DNA of 59,698 nucleotides, filler included, from Catajapyx aquilonaris (Eukaryota): NCBI GenBank assembly GCA_000934665.2. It is 4 parts of 4 records of this genome, joined end to end, with 100 filler letters (N's around TTAATTAATTAA, not from the genome) between each part and the next. Parts side by side here need not be neighbours in the genome. Positions count along the whole stretch, not along the records: positions 14,947 to 29,810 come from JYFJ02007667.1; positions 29,911 to 44,747 come from JYFJ02007668.1; 2 more parts are not named here. One strand, 5' to 3'. Shown piece by piece: positions 25,575 to 38,600 of this stretch (position 1 is its first letter; each line of letters starts with the position of its first letter). The notes under the pieces were generated by a model. It saw only the letters and a program-made list of their open reading frames with translations, ran no database searches and was not told where the DNA came from. The position numbers and the translations under genes were made by a program.

Positions 25575-26653
25575 TCACAATGTATTTTCAGTAAATTCCT
25601 GTGTAAATTGTATCAGTGGTATAGTGGGCACCAAATGATAGGTAAGCCACCACATCAGCAATGGCTGGACGCCAGCCACCAACAAAAGGAGATATGTCCG
25701 TCTTTTTCCACCACTGGCCCCTGCCCCATGACCCCCAGCACTGACATGTCCATAATGGTCTTCTTGTGATTCAGGAAGAATCTGCATTTTCAGGGCTCTG
25801 ACCTGTGGAGAAAAGGTAAGATATCTGTCAACCACCCATGTTGCACATCCACACAAATACAAAGTGGTGTCTACTAATGTAAATATCGTAGGACCTGTTC
25901 CACCATATAACAACTCATATTTTATAATGTTACATATTATTATGCAATGTAACATTACATTACTATGAACTTCCACTAAAAATTGTGGCAGTTGTAAGAA
26001 AAAATTATCCTTGAAGGGATCCTTACTGGAGTTCTGTGATAATAAATATTACTCTCTCAGTCAGTGTGAAAAGTATTGTTAAGTACAGTACTATCAGCAT
26101 AAGTACATACAACCTACAATGTATGTCCTCCAGGCAAAAATGATCTGACCCTATAGATATTTTCAATGCTGCAATGTGACCTTAAGGGAGCCGGATACCT
26201 ATGGGACTTTTCAGAATCGCGGGCCAAGTTTGGTAGAGTCATGTGTGCAGCGTTAGGCGTCTCGCTGGAGGTATGGACCTGAAATTTCCACAGCATGGCG
26301 AGGAAGGGCCAGTTGAGCCCTCGACGAAGTTTCGATCAATTAGGATAATAATTGCTTGATCTACAAGGGGAAGAGTTTTTGAAAAACTGCTTATATGACA
26401 TCTTGGCTCCGAATTCGAATTTGGGAAATATCTCGAAGGTGTGCGATGGCAAAAGTGGTCCTCTCTTACTCCTCCAAAGCACGATTAATTTGGGCTATTG
26501 GTTTTTGCACAGCTATTAAAACGGTTTCACCACCTCGCCTCGTATAATCGGAGGGAGTATTTCCGAAATAGAACAGTTGGTTCCCTGCGTTGCCCATGCA
26601 CTTTTTAAATAATTTAGCCCAAACCGGTTCCCTGGAAACCTGGACAGGGAACC

Positions 26654-26691
<38 letters not shown>

Positions 26692-28241
26692 TTTATTTTA
26701 ACCTCCCTATATAAGCATAGGGAGGGACTCCACTCTTTTTCGTATCATACAGTTGGTATTACAAGATGTTTCTATGCCATTTGGCTACATAGAGCAAAAA
26801 TAGGTAGATCGCCTTCTGTTGTTCTATGGATGGTTCGTGGAGGATATGCCAGATATTTCCACTTTGTATTACAGGGATAACTTTTTGTAGCTTGTACCTT
26901 CCCCCTTCGAATATGGTGCATTCACTTAGTATGTGAACCCAGTCATTCGCCTTCTTTAGGTTACACAAGTCACAATTTTCCTCTGGGTTAATTTGGATAC
27001 AGTTTTTGTCCCCTAATGGGATCCAGTTGGAGTTAAATCTTAAACATGCCAGCATTCTACTCAGATTTAAATTTGTGTAGGCTCCGACGTAGTCCACTGG
27101 AAAGTATCTATGTTGATCGTAATACACCAATTTCATTTCGTTGGAGTCAGACCTCGAGAGACACTCGATATCTTTCGTAACTTCCGTGTGTAGCATTGTT
27201 TGTGTTAGTACCACGTAATTCCTTAACCAATATTTGTCATTTTTTCCTGTGAAATTTTCAATCGATTGTCCTTACTCGTTCAGCAATTTATCTAATTGAT
27301 TATACCAGTTAAATCTTAGAAGAGCATTTACTTGATTCTTAAAAAATTTCATAGCTCTATTGGGAAGTCTATGTGGCTCCATTTTATCGACTCTTCGTAG
27401 GTATTTCAATGCCTAAGGGCGACCGGGGGAGGCTAAATCCGGCACTGCCTGTAGTGACGTCATGGATGGAGTGGTGACGTGTGTTGCAAGTGGAGTGAAA
27501 CGGACAGTAGTGTAAATAGTGCTTAGGACTACATTTATTATAGGCTCTCCAAGAAAATAGTGTGGGGTCAAGTGGGTTTTCCCACTCTTAACCCCCCCCC
27601 CCCCCCCTTGTCCCCTATGTTTAACCAGTTTACACCTGGTCTGCATCTGGCAACTCTACTTTGCCCCTCCTCCTCCTCCTCCTCAGGAAACCCCCAGGAA
27701 AACCCATGCAGTCTTTTCCTGGACAGCCTATCTATAGTAAAAGTGATGGCCATATACTCACCAGAAAAAATGCTAATGACATACTGCTGTAAGCCAGTGC
27801 AATGTAGTACCCCATCCGTTGGAAAACGATGCTCACCACTAGTGAAAATACCATCCTAAAAGTCACAATATATAACTATAAGATACAACAAAACCATGAA
27901 ATACAAATGAACCAATAAATCAAATGGCAAAAGAAACAGAGTACACACCCCACAAACTTATAGCTGCAAAATGCCAGGAGATCGTAATTCTTCAATTGTG
28001 TCTTAATGTTCATGATGTACAATGTCAGCCAAATGATGGACAATTCCAATATCAGCCATAGCAACGCTGAACTTGCTTGAATGCCTAGAACCTCCGGTGT
28101 GAACCTATTCTGCGTTCCTAGGACCAGCCCTGCCACCAGAACGTAAGTGACAAAAGCCATTGTTGGCACATAAAGGTCAGGTGCATTTATCTCATACTGA
28201 GGCTGCACAGGCTCATCCTGGTTGTACTTGATTGACCAGTC
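25575..28241 (-). CDS. YIF1: YIF1 (Yip1-interacting factor), last three exons: 28241-27949, 27855-27762, 25802-25575; 5' exons not found in segment
   Basis: [35 protein letters not shown]...[16 protein letters not shown]...LAFFL|VRALK...[27 protein letters not shown] junctions keep frame. Confidence 0.93.
26656..27410 (-). mobile_element. 5'-truncated LINE in YIF1 intron with (GATT)n tail
   Basis: ORF end with [19 protein letters not shown] zinc motif; (aatc)n on + strand at ~26657-26690. Confidence 0.75.
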
Positions 28242-29387
28242 CTAATGAAACAAAAACACAAAAACAAATGAGTATCAATTCCAAGTAATAAAAAAACAAC
28301 TCTCACTGTCAGTGAGTCCTTTAGAAATTGATGTCATTGTCAACAATTGATCTACTCTGGTATCATTTTGAGAACTGTCCAGGCACATGGAAGCAAAGTA
28401 ACAATACATTGGGCATTGAATTGGGCTTGTCAACTAACCTGCCATGCCATAACAGAGATTGTCCAAGCTTGAAAGGCCAAGCACGCTCACTACCTCACCT
28501 GAACTCTGCCCTCCCACCCAAAGCCAAATACAATTATAATACAAAGTTGTTATGCCATGCATTTGATACACGTTACCTTAAAAATTGAGGGGTTTGGTGC
28601 AAAAACAGGATAAGTCCACTTTTGTTACTTTTGAGAAAACAAAAAAAATCTGAATTTCCGGCATAAAAAAGGGCGAAAACGCAGCCGATGTGCGCTCTGA
28701 ACCCTTATGCTGTCACTTGGGAGGGCTCTATTTCCTCAGTGGACTACATGACAGGTCTGATTTTTGTACCAAAAGATGGCCCCAAGGTGGTAGAACCACC
28801 CACAACTAATATTCGGCCGAAGGTGGACTTATCCGGTTTTTGCACCAAATCCTTCAATTATCACATACAATGACATGACATGATTGACACCTCACAAGGG
28901 ATCATACTGAAAATGAGAGTTGCAGACAAATTAAGACCATATGTAAATTATTCTTCATGGTATGAGTAGGCCATATGAAAAATCTTAGTTGCTCACTCCC
29001 ATGGGGAGAGGATCAGGAGTGGCGAAACCTTCATTTGGCAAAAACACACTGGTTTATTGTCTCCAGGAACACAACTAATGCAGTTGAGATCATTTGAATG
29101 CTGGCATGGAACAATGTTGTAAGTGTCATTTTGGTTGCTTTGAGTTGACACTGTAGAAATGTAGCAAATGACCTGCTGGTTCGAACGGTATAGCCCACCC
29201 AACGCTATCTGTTGATTTAGCCGAGAAAAAGCCGGACATTCCAGCAAGAGTGCATTCACTTTGCATGGGATCCTTGGCAGAAAAACAAGTCTCCTGAAAA
29301 GTTGCCAAAAATCATTTGCAACGTTCTTCCATGCCAGCATACATTTGTCCGTTGCTTCATTCGAATCTTGTATATGAAATCTTAGCC

Positions 29388-29725
29388 GGGGAGGTGTAGA
29401 TGGCCGAGATGGTAACGTCTCGGCTTGCTGAGTGAAAGGCCCCAGGTTCGATCCCCGCCTGGGGAACTTTCCTTTCACCTGCGTCAGGAGGGTCTCTGAC
29501 CTGCACCTTGGAGGTGTCTGGCAACCTAACCTCCTGGGGAACAGCACATGACCCCTTTACCGACATTGCACTTGCACCAATGTTCCTTCCCCAAAAATCC
29601 CTATCCCTACCCTACATCCTTGACTCCTTGCACCAGTGAATGAAGTAAAATATAGAAAAATGGAGTGAAATGGTGGTATTCCACCCCCCTAAAAAGGCTC
29701 AGCCTTATCACAAGGTAACGTAAAA
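29388..29725 (+). mobile_element. tRNA-derived SINE family A
   Basis: Close match to 2975 copy including A/B boxes. Confidence 0.9.
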
Positions 29726-29810
29726 TATATATACTTGCCCTGATCTGAAAATATTGGGACACCCCCAAAAAATGGAGTGGTGGGGTTATACACAGGATGT
29801 GATAAAAAGT

Positions 29811-29910
29811 NNNNNNNNNNNNNNNNNNNNNNNNNNNNNNNNNNNNNNNNNNNNTTAATTAATTAANNNNNNNNNNNNNNNNNNNNNNNNNNNNNNNNNN
29901 NNNNNNNNNN
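29811..29910. other. Artificial contig spacer
   Basis: 44N + TTAATTAATTAA + 44N. Confidence 0.97.
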
Positions 29911-30371
29911 CACATGACTCAGATTTTTTACCTGTCAAAAGGATTTCCCAACACAACCTTTTTTCACTAGCGAACTACAACTTTCGAAAAAATGTGTTTT
30001 TCGAGCCTCCCTACTGTGCGCCAATTGCAAGAGTTGCACCAATGCGACTAGGTGAGGCTATAAGGCGGCCATTTTGATCGCCATGTTTAATATCTCATTC
30101 TATGGACTTCCGACAACGGTTTAGAGCCTTTCATTGAATCCAGCATCCATACAAACATATAATTAGACACCTAACTTGCATATATTCAGGTAATGAAGGA
30201 AATATAAATTTTAAGGCGGCCATTTTTGGAAACATGACCGCCATTTTGTTTTGGGGATAGGTATCAGGTGGCTCCCCTTCCTAAACGTTGACAATAGGTG
30301 TGGGCATGATGTATGCCAAGTTTGGTGTTCTCCTCATTAAGTGCAGTTTTCTTATGAAAAATGTTGCTTGC
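29911..30371. repeat. Unclassified interspersed-repeat-like sequence
   Basis: Recurring ggcggccatttt / cgccattttg motifs typical of arthropod dispersed repeats. Confidence 0.4.
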
Positions 30372-31022
30372 CTAGGCGACTATAAAGTCCTTCAAGATCA
30401 ACCGGATAACTTCGGCCAAGAATATGACTTGAACAGGCACAGAGTACAGCAGAAATATAGCGTGCCAGTTCATTAATGTGCGCACGATATAGTCTTGCGT
30501 AGATGGTTTACCTCTGAGATAATGAAAAGTAACGGATGATGCATGAGTGAAGAACACCAATACCAAGGAGATGACCACTAATTTCACGGAGCACTTTTGC
30601 AATGTATTGGTGTGTCTGATCAGATCCAGACGAGCGAATCGGTGGATCAACTTCCAAATGTCGACCACTCTTGTCTGGATCCAAATGTAGCAGATCCAAG
30701 GACCAACCAGTACAACAGCTCGTCTGGTAATGGCCGCTACCTTTTTAGTTGGAAGCATTTTGCTGACACGGGTCCACTCTTCTGCTGAAGAGCAGACTGA
30801 GAGGGTGATGCAAATGGCCAGAATCATGAAGTGCACAAGTGTAGGCCACCGTTGGTACCACTTCCATTGTTGACTTTGTCTTGGGTAAGGGCAAGGTGCA
30901 ATCCCTGCCACCACTGCCATGATGGACGGTGGTCTGAACGATGTCCAAAACGAGCCATTTTCTTGCACCATTTCTCTTGAGGCTTCTCTAACAGGAACCA
31001 CACTTGATATTCCACCAAGCAT
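30372..31022 (-). pseudogene. Gustatory-receptor-like N-terminal half (several TM segments), apparently truncated
   Basis: FWTSFRPPSIMAVVAGIAP resembles the GR N-terminal F..P......G..P motif, followed by ~4 hydrophobic helices; ORF stops at the border with repeat-like DNA. Confidence 0.55.
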
Positions 31023-32605
31023 GATTCATAACCGTTAAACGGTCACTTGAACCTGGGACACCCTGTATAAAGCAGCACCTTCAGACTGAAAGAAGTAATG
31101 TACTGTACGTCGTGTGGCATATGTAACATGTCTGTATCAGAATGAATTCTGTTTACGTGACAGTGCACAGTAATTATGTAATCCATTCAAGGAATGCCTT
31201 TAATTACTCATCTGATTCCGGTTAATCGGGATGATGGAAGGCACACATTTAATCCGATCATTCCAGCACATTTTCATGCCGGAGAAGCTTTTCTGATGCG
31301 TCACGAATATTGGCTAAGTCGTATATCAATGTGTACTATTAATGTGCCAACGATTTTGGTAAGACGATGGGCGTGTTTAGTGCAATAGTATTTGCTTTTT
31401 ATTTGTACCCGGCTATAGCTGAAGGCGGCATAACAAAATTATTCAAAAGATCGCTTACGAAATACGCATACGAAATTACGAAAATGTATCATAATTATGT
31501 TCCCGAGTTTGTGTGTTACATTGCTCTTAACTTAGGTATTTTGGCGTATGAAAATCTTTTCATTGCCCATGAAAATAATGCTGTTCACCTCTGGCTATTT
31601 TTTTGCCTGGACGTTGTCTATTGAGCCCTGCATTGCTTGGCAGCATTTCTGCCCCAATATGAACAAATATTTTCCTCCGATTTCTTTGTCCAAAACCCCT
31701 TAAATTTCGTCATTTTTCCACGTTTAATGGCCAAGCATCGAGGGACATCTGCATTGCCAAGACAACGAAGATGTAAAGAAGGCTGAAGTGATCCACTTAG
31801 CAGGCAATGGTCCTTCGCCTGCTGGCTCTATTACCCCGGGGTGCTCTCCTTTTTGATCATTTCATTGTCCACCTCCCAGTCGCCAGCAGGGGGTAGTTCG
31901 GAGCTGACCTCGCCTAATGGGTAGTGAAAGGCAAGGTCCCTCTTTCGTCCTTTCGAAGGAAGGCATGCGTTGTTGTCACATTCCACAATAATTGGAAAGG
32001 AAAATAATTGGGGTTTTAATTATTTTGGGATTCAGAATAACGCTATAAAATGGACGGGGGAGTTAAAGAAATTGTCTGAAGAATACACGAAATATCGTAG
32101 CTTTAGTTTAATTTTAATCGATTAATTTAATTCTGCAACCACTTATCCATTATGGTTACCGACTTGCTCTTGAGCGACGCTGGATTACAAATAAAGATAA
32201 TGCAACGTAACCAAAAATAGAACGCACCATAATTATTCAAATGTCCACATTCCATTCTGCTTCGTCCTGCGCGAAGCTCAGCATATTGGGCGCTAAAAGA
32301 GAAAGGTTGGTTGGAGGGGAACTAGGCAAAAAGAAACGCAACAAAACATTTTACAGGGGGACCAACCAGGGAATAAAAAAAAGAAAAATACATAAGAAAA
32401 CGCGGCTTATGGTGGGCTAAAAACCAGTTTACATGTGGGCAAGTCCAGGGTGGGGGATTCATGGATCCAACTGTAAACACTGGAAAGGGTCAGACGACTT
32501 TTAGGAGGGGTCCCGGTAAGGCTGACTTCCAGTGGATGATAGTATCAGTTGGGATTCAATTCATGGGTGAGACAGACCATTTTCATATTCCAGTTGCTTT
32601 CAAAC

Positions 32606-35600
32606 ATGTCGGAAAAATTGCCCGGCAGCATTAGTGATAGTGGTGACAGTTCGGAAAAAATTGGCATCAGTGATTTTGTACGTGTGAAGCGGTCCGATGA
32701 CGACCCACCATTGCCAGACAACTATGAGGTAGGGAAGGCTATCGGAGCAGGGGACTGTTTTTTCGATTCAGTCTCTCAGGGAATGAGGCAGCTGAACATA
32801 CCAAGGAACATACAGGTAGACGTTCGCTCATTAAGAAATGTTTGTAGAGAATGCGCGTGGCAGGAATCGAAGCGAATGTCCAACTCGTGGCTCGTAAAGG
32901 CGATGGAGAGAGAAGAATACACCATAGAGGAATATGTGGCTAGAATAGGATTCACATCTAAGGATGTTCAGACGGACATGGGGGCAAAAGTGTTGAGGTT
33001 GACTGAATCGGTGTGGGGTCGACCAGACATCGAAGGCAGGATGATATGCCAAGAGTATGGAATATCGTTGCATGTTGTAGAGAAATATCAAGTTAAAGGA
33101 GAGATTGTGTGGGCCAATCAGATAGTGGATGGATCTGGTTCTCGATCAGACGATAGCGTGAATTACGAGCCTGATAAAACAGTACACATCGTAAACAGAG
33201 GCATGCTTCATTTTGAACCATTGCTCAAAAAAGGGGTCGAGACTCAATTCAATACTGCAACAAAGAAAGAGAAAACAAACGTAGCAAAAGAACAACCCGT
33301 CCCAAACATTACACAAAGTCAGCCCAAATTTGATGACAAAAAAGATAAAATTCAGACGCAATCGTATCGTAAAACTCCGGGGAGTAGTGGCCTAAAAGGC
33401 GAGATTTATGAAATCGAATTATCTATGCTTCTGTTATTCAGAGCGTCAAACAAAGCGAGTGGATTTTATTTAGCATCAAATATGGAAGAGGCCGGTAAAT
33501 TTGATGATGTCGTCATCAGGTATAAGCCAAAGGATGAGACAAAACGGGAGAAAATAATTTTCTTGCAGGCGAAACACATTGAAAGTAAGGTAATAACTGA
33601 AGACCTTCTCATTTCGAATTCAGACAAGTTCAGCCTGATAAAATATTACGGTTCGTTCCTCAAAATTAAAGGTCAGTTTTCAGTGGGGAACAAAGGGCAC
33701 CCAATATTTGACGGCTCGTTTGACCAGTTAGATTGCCAGTTTCTGATATTTACTACATCGTCAGCCAAATTCGGCAAATTACTTGAAAAGGTAGAGCTGG
33801 AACACGACAGTTTATTTTTACCTGTCAAAAAAGAGCTGGAAATAGCCCAAATGAAACACTACTATAAATTTAAAGAGGCAGAAATGAAGCCAATCACATA
33901 TCTTTTACGGGATTCGTTTGATAGCATATTTGCAAAAGAGTTAGCCAGTTTTGTTGTCCAACAGAAGTCGTTGGATATGAAGAAGGAAGTGTTCCAGCTC
34001 TATCACACAGATTTAAAGAACATGATTCAAAGGAGAGGAAAGTCAAATGAAGGTGAGCTTAGAGACACCTTTTTAAACGACAGCAGCGACAACCCACTTA
34101 GAAAACTGTTTTTTAAAGAAGTGTCAAAAATGAGAGATTTCAAAGGAATGACAGACGAAGAAGTGAAATTTCTTTTAAAGAAGAAAATTATAACGTTGCC
34201 TCCCGATTTTAACCCAGCAGAAGAATCTGAACCAATTTACAGCAACACCCTGGACTCCGCCGAAATTCAGGATTTTTTGACCAAACTCCGTCTCTTTGTG
34301 GACCAACCAAAGGAGACCAAATTGAGCATGATCATCATGGATGAAATGAAACTGCAATATGCGATACTAGAAAGTAATGTAAACGACATTTTCCACTCGT
34401 TTAAGGGAAAAATGGAAAACGTGTTCAAATCTGCCAGAGGCCGTTATCTCACCGAAAGCAGCAGGATAATTGAGGACACGTTAAGAATTTTGGTTGACTT
34501 TGAAGTGAAGGAACCGGTCGAGACCTTTACAGGGAGGGAAAAAGAGCTAATTGAGTTGCACAAGGCTTTGCAAGGAAGTCATGCAGAAGTATCTATCAGT
34601 GGTCTGGGAGGGGTTGGCAAGAGCGAATTGGTCAGAAAATATGTTCAACAATATTACGAGCATTACGACGGCAATGTCATTTGGCTCAACTCGGAGAGCT
34701 ACGCCGCGATTGTTGATTCGTTCAGCAGAGTAGCCAGCGATAGACTGTACATTCCAACAAAGAATTCAGACGGGAATTCTAAAAATATTAATACTATAGT
34801 GGGAGAGGTGTACAGTTTTTTTAAGAACAGGAGATGCCTGTTTATTTTCGATAATGCGCCGAAATATAGGCAGGAAACTTCAGATGACTTCGGAATCATG
34901 GAATACTTGCCAGGAGATCATTCGGGATCACACGTTCTAATCACATCCAGAAATCAGATGTGGGGAAAACAAGCGAGCGTTATAACATTGAATGAGTTCA
35001 ATGACAATGAAGCGAAATACTTTATAAAGAAAGTCTTAGGCATGGATGGCCTCATAAGTTATTCTGAAGAAAATGTATGGGATTTGGCAAATAAGTTGTC
35101 CAATTTTCCCTTGGCATTGCAACAGGCAGTGTCATACATCAGAAGGAAGGACGAGGAATTTAGATTTATAGGTCAAAGGTTTACAATCAGTGACTATTTG
35201 GGCATATATCAAGGTAAGAGTAAGGAACTATTGAATTATGAGTTTCCGGAAGAGAGTGGTAATTCGTACACAAAAACAACGTTCATCACTTGGGACATCA
35301 CTGTGGAAGAAATAAGGGGGAGAGAATTTGGAGGTGAAGCCTTGGATTTAATGCGTGCCATGTCATATTGTGCCACGAACAATATTCCAGTTGAAATATA
35401 TTCAGTTGTAACTAAAGGAACTCCCGAAAACTTAGCATCGACTGTTTACTTGCTAAAACAGTTTTCAATAGTGTCTTCCTCCCGAGAAGCAGGCAAGGTG
35501 AACATGCACAAATTAGTGCAGGAAGTGACACGCTTGAAATTAGAAGATGAAGGTTTGACTAAAATTTACTTGACATTGAAGAAAGTTATAGAATTAATGC

Positions 35601-38600
35601 GTACAAAGTTAACAACAGATCATTTTACTGACGTCAACGTCAAGAACTATGCATTGCATGCGATAGCTGCTTGGAATTATTTGCAGAGGTATGAGGAATT
35701 AGCTCTTGATTATAGGTTCATGCCAGGAATTGTTGCAAGATCATTGATTTTCACAGGTCACTTTAATTTGGCACATGACGTTGTTCATAACTCGTTAGAG
35801 CAGCTGAAGCGATTGCCGCTTGACCCTAATGATAAAGAAATAATCGATTTGAAGCATGATTTAATTGAAGTACTTCAAATGCAAGGAAAAGGTGAGGAGT
35901 CTTTGAAAGTTACAAATGATTTGCAAATGCAAATAGAAAGTGGGGGCATGGCTATACCCTTAGCAAGCATTCATGGGATGGAAATGGTTCTTCGACTCCC
36001 CAAAGGTAAACTGGATGCAATATCAGAAACTTCTACTGGCGTGGTAGAGAGTACTTTCAGCAATTTATCAGTTCATTACATGAAGATTGGCACACTATGT
36101 GCAAATCGCTTTTTTATTGAAGCTAATGCAGTTAATGAATCTAATGATAATATTAACATGGATTTGGCGAAGTATCGCAATGATTTTGCCCGTAATCCTC
36201 CAGATTTTTACGCTAAGCTCATGCAAACAAGTGGTATTGAACTTCTTCAAATATTTCAAGATGCAGAGAAGAAATTATTATCTAAGAGAGGCCAGGATAA
36301 TTTTACTTCAATAAAAATTGCTTTTTACATAGTTCAAGTTTTATTTGTAACCGACAAATATGACGAGATGTTAAAATATTTAAAGCCTCGACTGCAGAAG
36401 ATGAAGGAGGTATTGCAGAGTAATCATCCGATCCTTAACATATCTAAAATTTACATGGCTTTATCGCTCATGGTGAAAGGCAAAAATGATGAAGCATTGG
36501 ACACACTGAGGGAAATTTCAGATGCCAAAAATATTTATATTAGTTCTAGCCATCAGCTAGTGCTTATCGCATTTCACGGTATAGCCATATCACTCAAAAA
36601 GGAACATAAATTTACGGAAGCCTCAGAAATTTATCACGAAATATTAGAAAAGTTCTAAAACACTTTTGGTCGTACTGATTTACTAACTCTTAAGGTAAAG
36701 CATGAAATGGCTAACATTCTTAGCAACCTAGAAGATTATGATGAAGCTATAACTATGTACAAGGAAGTGTATGAAATTTGCAAAGAAAGGTGGGGATATG
36801 AGACCAGCGTCACCATAAGCGCCTTAAAAGAACTAAGAAGAGAGCAATTTCGAGGCGGTAAATATGACGATGCAGCAAAGTCTGCAGAGCAACTGTTGAA
36901 TACACTGGAGGAAATATGGGGTCCTAAGAATTTCGGCACTTTAGAAGAAAAGGGACAACTAGCCATGATACAATTTACCGCAGGGAAATTTAATGAAGCA
37001 TTGCAAGCATTCCAAGTGCTTATCAAAGATTTTGCAGAAACTTTAGGTCCTGAACATTCAGTACCGGTAATAAAAGAGATGTACGGTAGTGTGGTATTGT
37101 CACTCATGATGCTAGGCAGATTCGACGAAGCTAATAGGCTTGCACAAGATTGTAAAGAGATTTTGACTCCCCGTGTAATGTATGTTCTAAGACAAATAAG
37201 CACAATTGCAAGGCCCGCAACAGAGGTAAACACTCCAACACTTGACTTATTTTCAGCATACTCGAATATGTTGCATTTCATTGGAAACGAGCGAAGATAT
37301 ACTTCTGCTTCCCCTCCGGTTGATTCTTACATCGAAATAATCGAAGATGTTGTGGACAGGTATCAAGATATTTTTAGCTCTCGCCTGCACTCGCAGGTAC
37401 ATGAAAATAGAGATTTGTACAGTGCTTTACATTCAGCTGTTATTGAAGGCGACGCTGAAGAGGTGCATGAGTTAATAAAACATGATGCTGACGTTAATGT
37501 TCGTCTAGACCAGTGGTTCCCAAACTGGGGGTCGCGACCCCCCAGGGTGTCGCGAAGCCTTTTCTGGGGGGTCGCGGCCGTAATTCTCACTTGCAATATT
37601 AATTTGGTGGAAAATTTCATCACGAAGGTATTTTAAAACACGGATATATTTCATTATGGTTTCGGTGCATTACTCTTCTACTATTAGACTTCGTCTAGTC
37701 AAGAAGTCCGCATAGGATAGGGCCCACCAGCTGGAAAACTCGAGAACTGAATGTTCTGTGGCGGGCCAGTCATTTTAAAATTTCCGCTTTCGCTAGCGAG
37801 ATAAAGTTGAGGCAAATATCTCTCTCTCTAATAACACCATTCAGAGGAGAATTGTCGATATGTCCCAAGATGTAAAAGAGCAGGTTCTGACTGAAATCAA
37901 AGGATCTCCTTTGTTTTCTATACAAGTTGACGAATCAACAGACGTAAGTTCATGCTCACAATTGATTGCTTTCGTGAGATATATGCATTCAGATGACATC
38001 AAGGAAGAATTCCTGCTTTGTAGTGCACTTGAAACCACTTCCAAGGGTGAAGATATTATGGAGAAGATATGTACATTTTTTGAAGCTGGGGGACTGCCGT
38101 GGAAAAATCTCTGTGGGGTTTGTACAGATGGAGCACCAGACCTTGTGGCTTATTTTGATGATGAAATGTGGAAGAAAAGGGTTGCTTACTTAGCAGATAT
38201 TTTGGAACAGCTAAATAAGCTTAACCTGAAGCTTCAGGGCAAGGACACGCACATCATCTTATATTATTTCGAGACAATCTTCAAGCATTTGTGTGCAAGC
38301 TTCAAAACTGGAGACGGAAAGTGAATCTTGGGAACATTTCCATGTTCGAAAAACTGTTGTGTGGTTGAAGAATCAGAAGGAGACCTGGATGAAACCCTGA
38401 AGGTGGAGATTATTGCACACCTCGAGTCACTCGAAAATGAATTTGAGCGTTACTTTCCTGAGCTTAGAGATGAAAAAGCTGCATTGGCACGTAATTCATT
38501 TTCTGATTCCCTGGAGGTAGCCAGCATTCCCGATGAAGTACAGGATGAATTTTTGGATCTGCGGAATGATTCCTCTGCACGTAATTTGTTTTATGAAAAA

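Noticed and set aside
32549..32605. Extended N-terminus MGFNSW... of the 1369-aa ORF
   Set aside because: Starts at TTG and overlaps a probable intron; ATG 32606 is the likely start
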